This document shows, piece by piece, positions 25,746 to 28,565 of a stretch of 28,565 nt of DNA. Position numbers and translations under genes: made by a program. The DNA comes from a virus (lineage: Duplodnaviria > Caudoviricetes), in the IMG/VR virus record IMGVR_UViG_3300027813_003089, positions 1-28,565 of that record; one strand, 5' to 3'. The notes beneath the pieces were generated by a model. It did no database searches and was not told the DNA's origin. It was given only the letters and a program-made list of their open reading frames with translations. Each line of letters starts with the position of its first letter. Within the stretch, counting starts at the first letter, position 1.

Positions 25746-28031
25746 ATGTCTAAAGATATTAAGAATAAGAAAAAAGATCTTAAAAAATTAAAAAGCCATG
25801 ATCCAAGTAATCATATTGAAACCGCGCCGACTATGAGCGAAGCTTTGAAAAAAACTGTAGTTGCAAGTTTCGGTAGATTTAATCCTGTTACTGTTGGACA
25901 TGAAAAATTAATAAACAAAGTTATATCCGTAGCAGTTAAGCGCAAAGCTGATGCCGCGGTTTACATGTCTCATTCACAAGACTCAAGAAATAATCCTTTG
26001 TCATATGACAAGAAAATTGCCCTTGGCCAAAAAGCTTTTGGTGCGATTGTGAAAAAATCACCTGCAAGAACAATTATCGAAGTTTTAAAAGAATTGTCTA
26101 AAAAATATACTGAACTTGTATTAGTAGTAGGTTCTGACAGAGTTAAGGAATTCGAAGCCCTTTTAAACAAATATAACGAGCTTGACTATAGTTTTGAAAA
26201 CATCGAAATAGTATCAGCAGGCGAAAGAGATCCCGACTCTGATAGTGTATCTGGAATGTCAGCTTCTAAAATGAGAGCGGCCGCTGCAACCGGCGACATT
26301 GCTTCTTTTAAGCAGGGATTACCTAACAAACTAAAAGGATCAGCAGTACAGATTATGAACGATATCCGCAAGGGTATGAACATTTCTGAAGAACTAGCAG
26401 AAGATAACGAAGATAACCTCGCAGAAAGCGGACCTCTCTCTATTCAACAGAGAAGAAAACGGGGTTTGATTATGAGAAGATATAAAACAAAGATAAAGAT
26501 GGCGAAGGAAAGAGCTAAAAGAAAAATGGCTCCAAAGGATAAACTGTTATCGCGATCTAGAAAAGCAGCACTTAATTTTATGCGAAATAGGTTATCTGTA
26601 AATAAGAAATATTCTGCAATGTCAACAGCTGAAAAGATTACTTTGGACAAAAGATTGCAAAAAATTCCAGGTAAAACAATAGATCGTATTGCAACTCGAC
26701 TGTTACCAAAAGTCCGAACCGCTGAAAAAGAGCGTCTTGCAAGTGTTTTAAATCCGCAAAAGAAAGAAGACATTTACGAAATTAATAACATGTTTGACTT
26801 GTTTATGGAATCAAGATCTGAAAAGTCGCAGGATCCTGATGTAAAGGACATGCCTGGATCTCAGCCAAAAAGTTATTATAAAGGCGTAGAAAAAGATAAG
26901 AAGGATGATAGAGCTCGCCATTTTGCAAAGTACGGTAAAATGGATGACGATAACCCAGACGCATATAAACCCGCACCTGGAGATAAGGAAGCTAAAACAA
27001 AGCCTTCTGTACACACAAAGAAATTTAAAGACATGTTCGGTGAAGCGTGTCTTGGCGATACTAAAGTTAAAAAAAGACCACATATGGCCTTGGAAAAAAA
27101 TGGTTCTGTTAAGTTTGATAAGCGCTTTAGAATGTTTAAACCAAAAGAACAACACCAAGTAAACGAAAATCACGAAGATTTTGCTGAGGATATTTCAAAA
27201 CTTGTTTCTGATATGGGTGAGTTTATCATGTCTGAAGAGTTTGACGTTTTAATGGAAGCAGATCCAAAAGTAGCATTAAAGAAAAAATCAGAAAAGACAG
27301 GAATATCGTATGGTGTTTTAAAAACAGTTTTTGATAGAGGAGTCGCTGCCTGGAGAACAGGCCATAGACCCGGAACAAACCCAACTCAATGGGGTTTCGC
27401 TAGAGTTAATTCGTTTGCGACCAAAGGTAAAGGAACCTGGGGAAAAGCAGATAAAGACTTAGCTGATAAAGTTAGAAAGGAAGACTTTAGTTTGACAACT
27501 AACCAAGAAAATGAGATTTCTGGATTAAGCGAACAAACTATGTTAGATAAACTTCTTGATAAGATACATAAACACGTCTCACAAGGTGAAGATCTTGCAG
27601 ATATAACTAATCAAATAGCAACACTTACAAATATTCAGCACGGCCCACGTAAATTAGAAATGGAATACATAAAAAAATATGGTGAAGTAAAATCGGGTTC
27701 AAAAAATTTATTAAAAAGAAATCAACTTCTTAAAAAATACGGTTATAAAGCTGAAAAAAACAACGAAGATTCTCCAGACGAAAGAGAATGGGGAACTGAC
27801 GAGTTAACTAAAAACTATAAAAAAAGCACGCCAGGACAAGAAATTGAAGAAGCTTCTTTAAATTCTAATATAAGTCGTGGAGACTCTGTTACGTTTAAAC
27901 ACGTTTTAATTACAGATGAAGAAGAAAATCTCGCCGGAATATTTGTCGGCACAGACAAAGATACAGGACGTGCGAGAATAAGAACAGGAGACGGTAAAGT
28001 ATATACCGTGAAACATGATGACATTGATTAA
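25746..28031 (+). CDS. Multidomain protein: HxGH nucleotidyltransferase ('cytidyltransferase') plus basic domains including a DUF5824-like domain
   Basis: FGRFNPVTVGH, VVGSDRV, SAGERDPD, SASKMR; later RGVAAWRTGHRPG…QWGFARVNSF and GTD…TPGQ motifs. Confidence 0.8.
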   Translation: MSKDIKNKKKDLKKLKSHDPSNHIETAPTMSEALKKTVVASFGRFNPVTVGHEKLINKVISVAVKRKADAAVYMSHSQDSRNNPLSYDKKIALGQKAFGAIVKKSPARTIIEVLKELSKKYTELVLVVGSDRVKEFEALLNKYNELDYSFENIEIVSAGERDPDSDSVSGMSASKMRAAAATGDIASFKQGLPNKLKGSAVQIMNDIRKGMNISEELAEDNEDNLAESGPLSIQQRRKRGLIMRRYKTKIKMAKERAKRKMAPKDKLLSRSRKAALNFMRNRLSVNKKYSAMSTAEKITLDKRLQKIPGKTIDRIATRLLPKVRTAEKERLASVLNPQKKEDIYEINNMFDLFMESRSEKSQDPDVKDMPGSQPKSYYKGVEKDKKDDRARHFAKYGKMDDDNPDAYKPAPGDKEAKTKPSVHTKKFKDMFGEACLGDTKVKKRPHMALEKNGSVKFDKRFRMFKPKEQHQVNENHEDFAEDISKLVSDMGEFIMSEEFDVLMEADPKVALKKKSEKTGISYGVLKTVFDRGVAAWRTGHRPGTNPTQWGFARVNSFATKGKGTWGKADKDLADKVRKEDFSLTTNQENEISGLSEQTMLDKLLDKIHKHVSQGEDLADITNQIATLTNIQHGPRKLEMEYIKKYGEVKSGSKNLLKRNQLLKKYGYKAEKNNEDSPDEREWGTDELTKNYKKSTPGQEIEEASLNSNISRGDSVTFKHVLITDEEENLAGIFVGTDKDTGRARIRTGDGKVYTVKHDDID

Positions 28032-28134
28032 AGAACCAGCCCCGAAATTAAATGAACACCAGCATTGCGGTACGCCACAATGTTGCGGCAAGTGTGAAAC
28101 CGCTACCAAAAATGTGGAAACTAAAAATGCTTAG
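28018..28134 (+). CDS. 38-aa putative metal-binding peptide (not in ORF track)
   Basis: MTLIKEPAPKLNEHQHCGTPQCCGKCETATKNVETKNA; overlaps both neighbours. Confidence 0.6.
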   Translation: MTLIKEPAPKLNEHQHCGTPQCCGKCETATKNVETKNA

Positions 28135-28369
28135 ATTTAAAGATTTTGTAACTAAACCCGTTGTCGAAGGATCTGAAACTTGGGAAGCTGGTTATAAGCG
28201 CAGAGTAGTCAAAACTACAAAACCAGAGCACAAAGAAAAGGGCTTGAATTGGAGAATTAAAGGTAAAGACCGACCTGAGATTTCCATTAAATTGTATAAA
28301 GAAAAACCTTCCCAGGCAGAATTCAACAAACAAATGAAACGCGTTGCAGGACACGAGTTTGGTGGATAG
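28127..28369 (+). CDS. 80-aa basic protein with capsid-targeting-like N-terminus
   Basis: ATG 28127 gives MLRFKDFVTKPVVE; preferred over track start 28052. Confidence 0.7.
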   Translation: MLRFKDFVTKPVVEGSETWEAGYKRRVVKTTKPEHKEKGLNWRIKGKDRPEISIKLYKEKPSQAEFNKQMKRVAGHEFGG

Positions 28370-28565
28370 TTTTAAACAATATATTTCTGAAGGCATTAAG
28401 CTTAAATATATCCGTGACAAGAACATGGGTGTACTTAAGATGTGGGATACAAAAGAAAAGTCTTGGGTTGAACTTCGTGGCAAACCAAACTTTGAAACCA
28501 CATTTGATCCTAAAGATCCATTGCACAAAGCTATAAATGCGCTTGGCAAGTCCGCCAATATATCG
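28362..28565 (+). CDS. Protein with capsid-targeting-like N-terminus (3'-truncated, not in ORF track)
   Basis: GTG start overlapping the upstream stop; MDSFKQYISEGIKLKYIRDK…; open to the window end. Confidence 0.7.
   Translation, partial: MDSFKQYISEGIKLKYIRDKNMGVLKMWDTKEKSWVELRGKPNFETTFDPKDPLHKAINALGKSANIS

Noticed and set aside
25746-26400. Nucleotidyltransferase as the CMP-sugar synthetase for the GT29-like enzymes
   Set aside because: CMP-Neu5Ac and CMP-Kdo synthetases are not HxGH-family enzymes, and this gene has its own late promoter.
3494-28558. All minus-strand ORFs and short alternative-frame plus-strand ORFs in the track
   Set aside because: They overlap well-supported plus-strand genes and show no recognisable motifs; consistent with shadow ORFs.
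1-28565. CRISPR arrays, tRNA/rRNA genes, alternative genetic code
   Set aside because: No spaced direct repeats or cloverleaf found by eye; genes are intact under the standard code, with TAA, TAG and TGA all used as stops.

Overview
AT-rich, all-plus-strand segment of a T4-like (myovirus-type) phage genome. The host is probably a marine alphaproteobacterium (Rhodobacteraceae-like porin, DUF1127 and DUF6356 genes, hemO-pcyX cassette); this is inference. Left to right: (1) the 3' end of a porin gene, then a late-promoter operon of exported and membrane proteins that resembles an usher-less pilin/chaperone system, followed by a class-3 lipase and small membrane proteins; (2) heme oxygenase plus a ferredoxin-dependent bilin reductase behind a consensus sigma70 promoter; (3) core T4 genes 33-59-32-uvsX-41; (4) late genes with T4 capsid-targeting-like N-termini, encoding a PD-(D/E)xK nuclease-like and a KxDG ligase-like protein; (5) a DUF1127 small-protein cluster; (6) an ~8.6 kb glycosylation island (3 GT29-like paralogues, 3 KpsS/KpsC-like GT-B proteins, 2 GT-A proteins, Gmd, a ColD-type dehydratase, an SDR); (7) a multidomain HxGH nucleotidyltransferase and more small putative internal head proteins. 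No tRNA, rRNA, CRISPR, intron or transposon was recognised. All family calls come from motif recognition and recall, not database searches.
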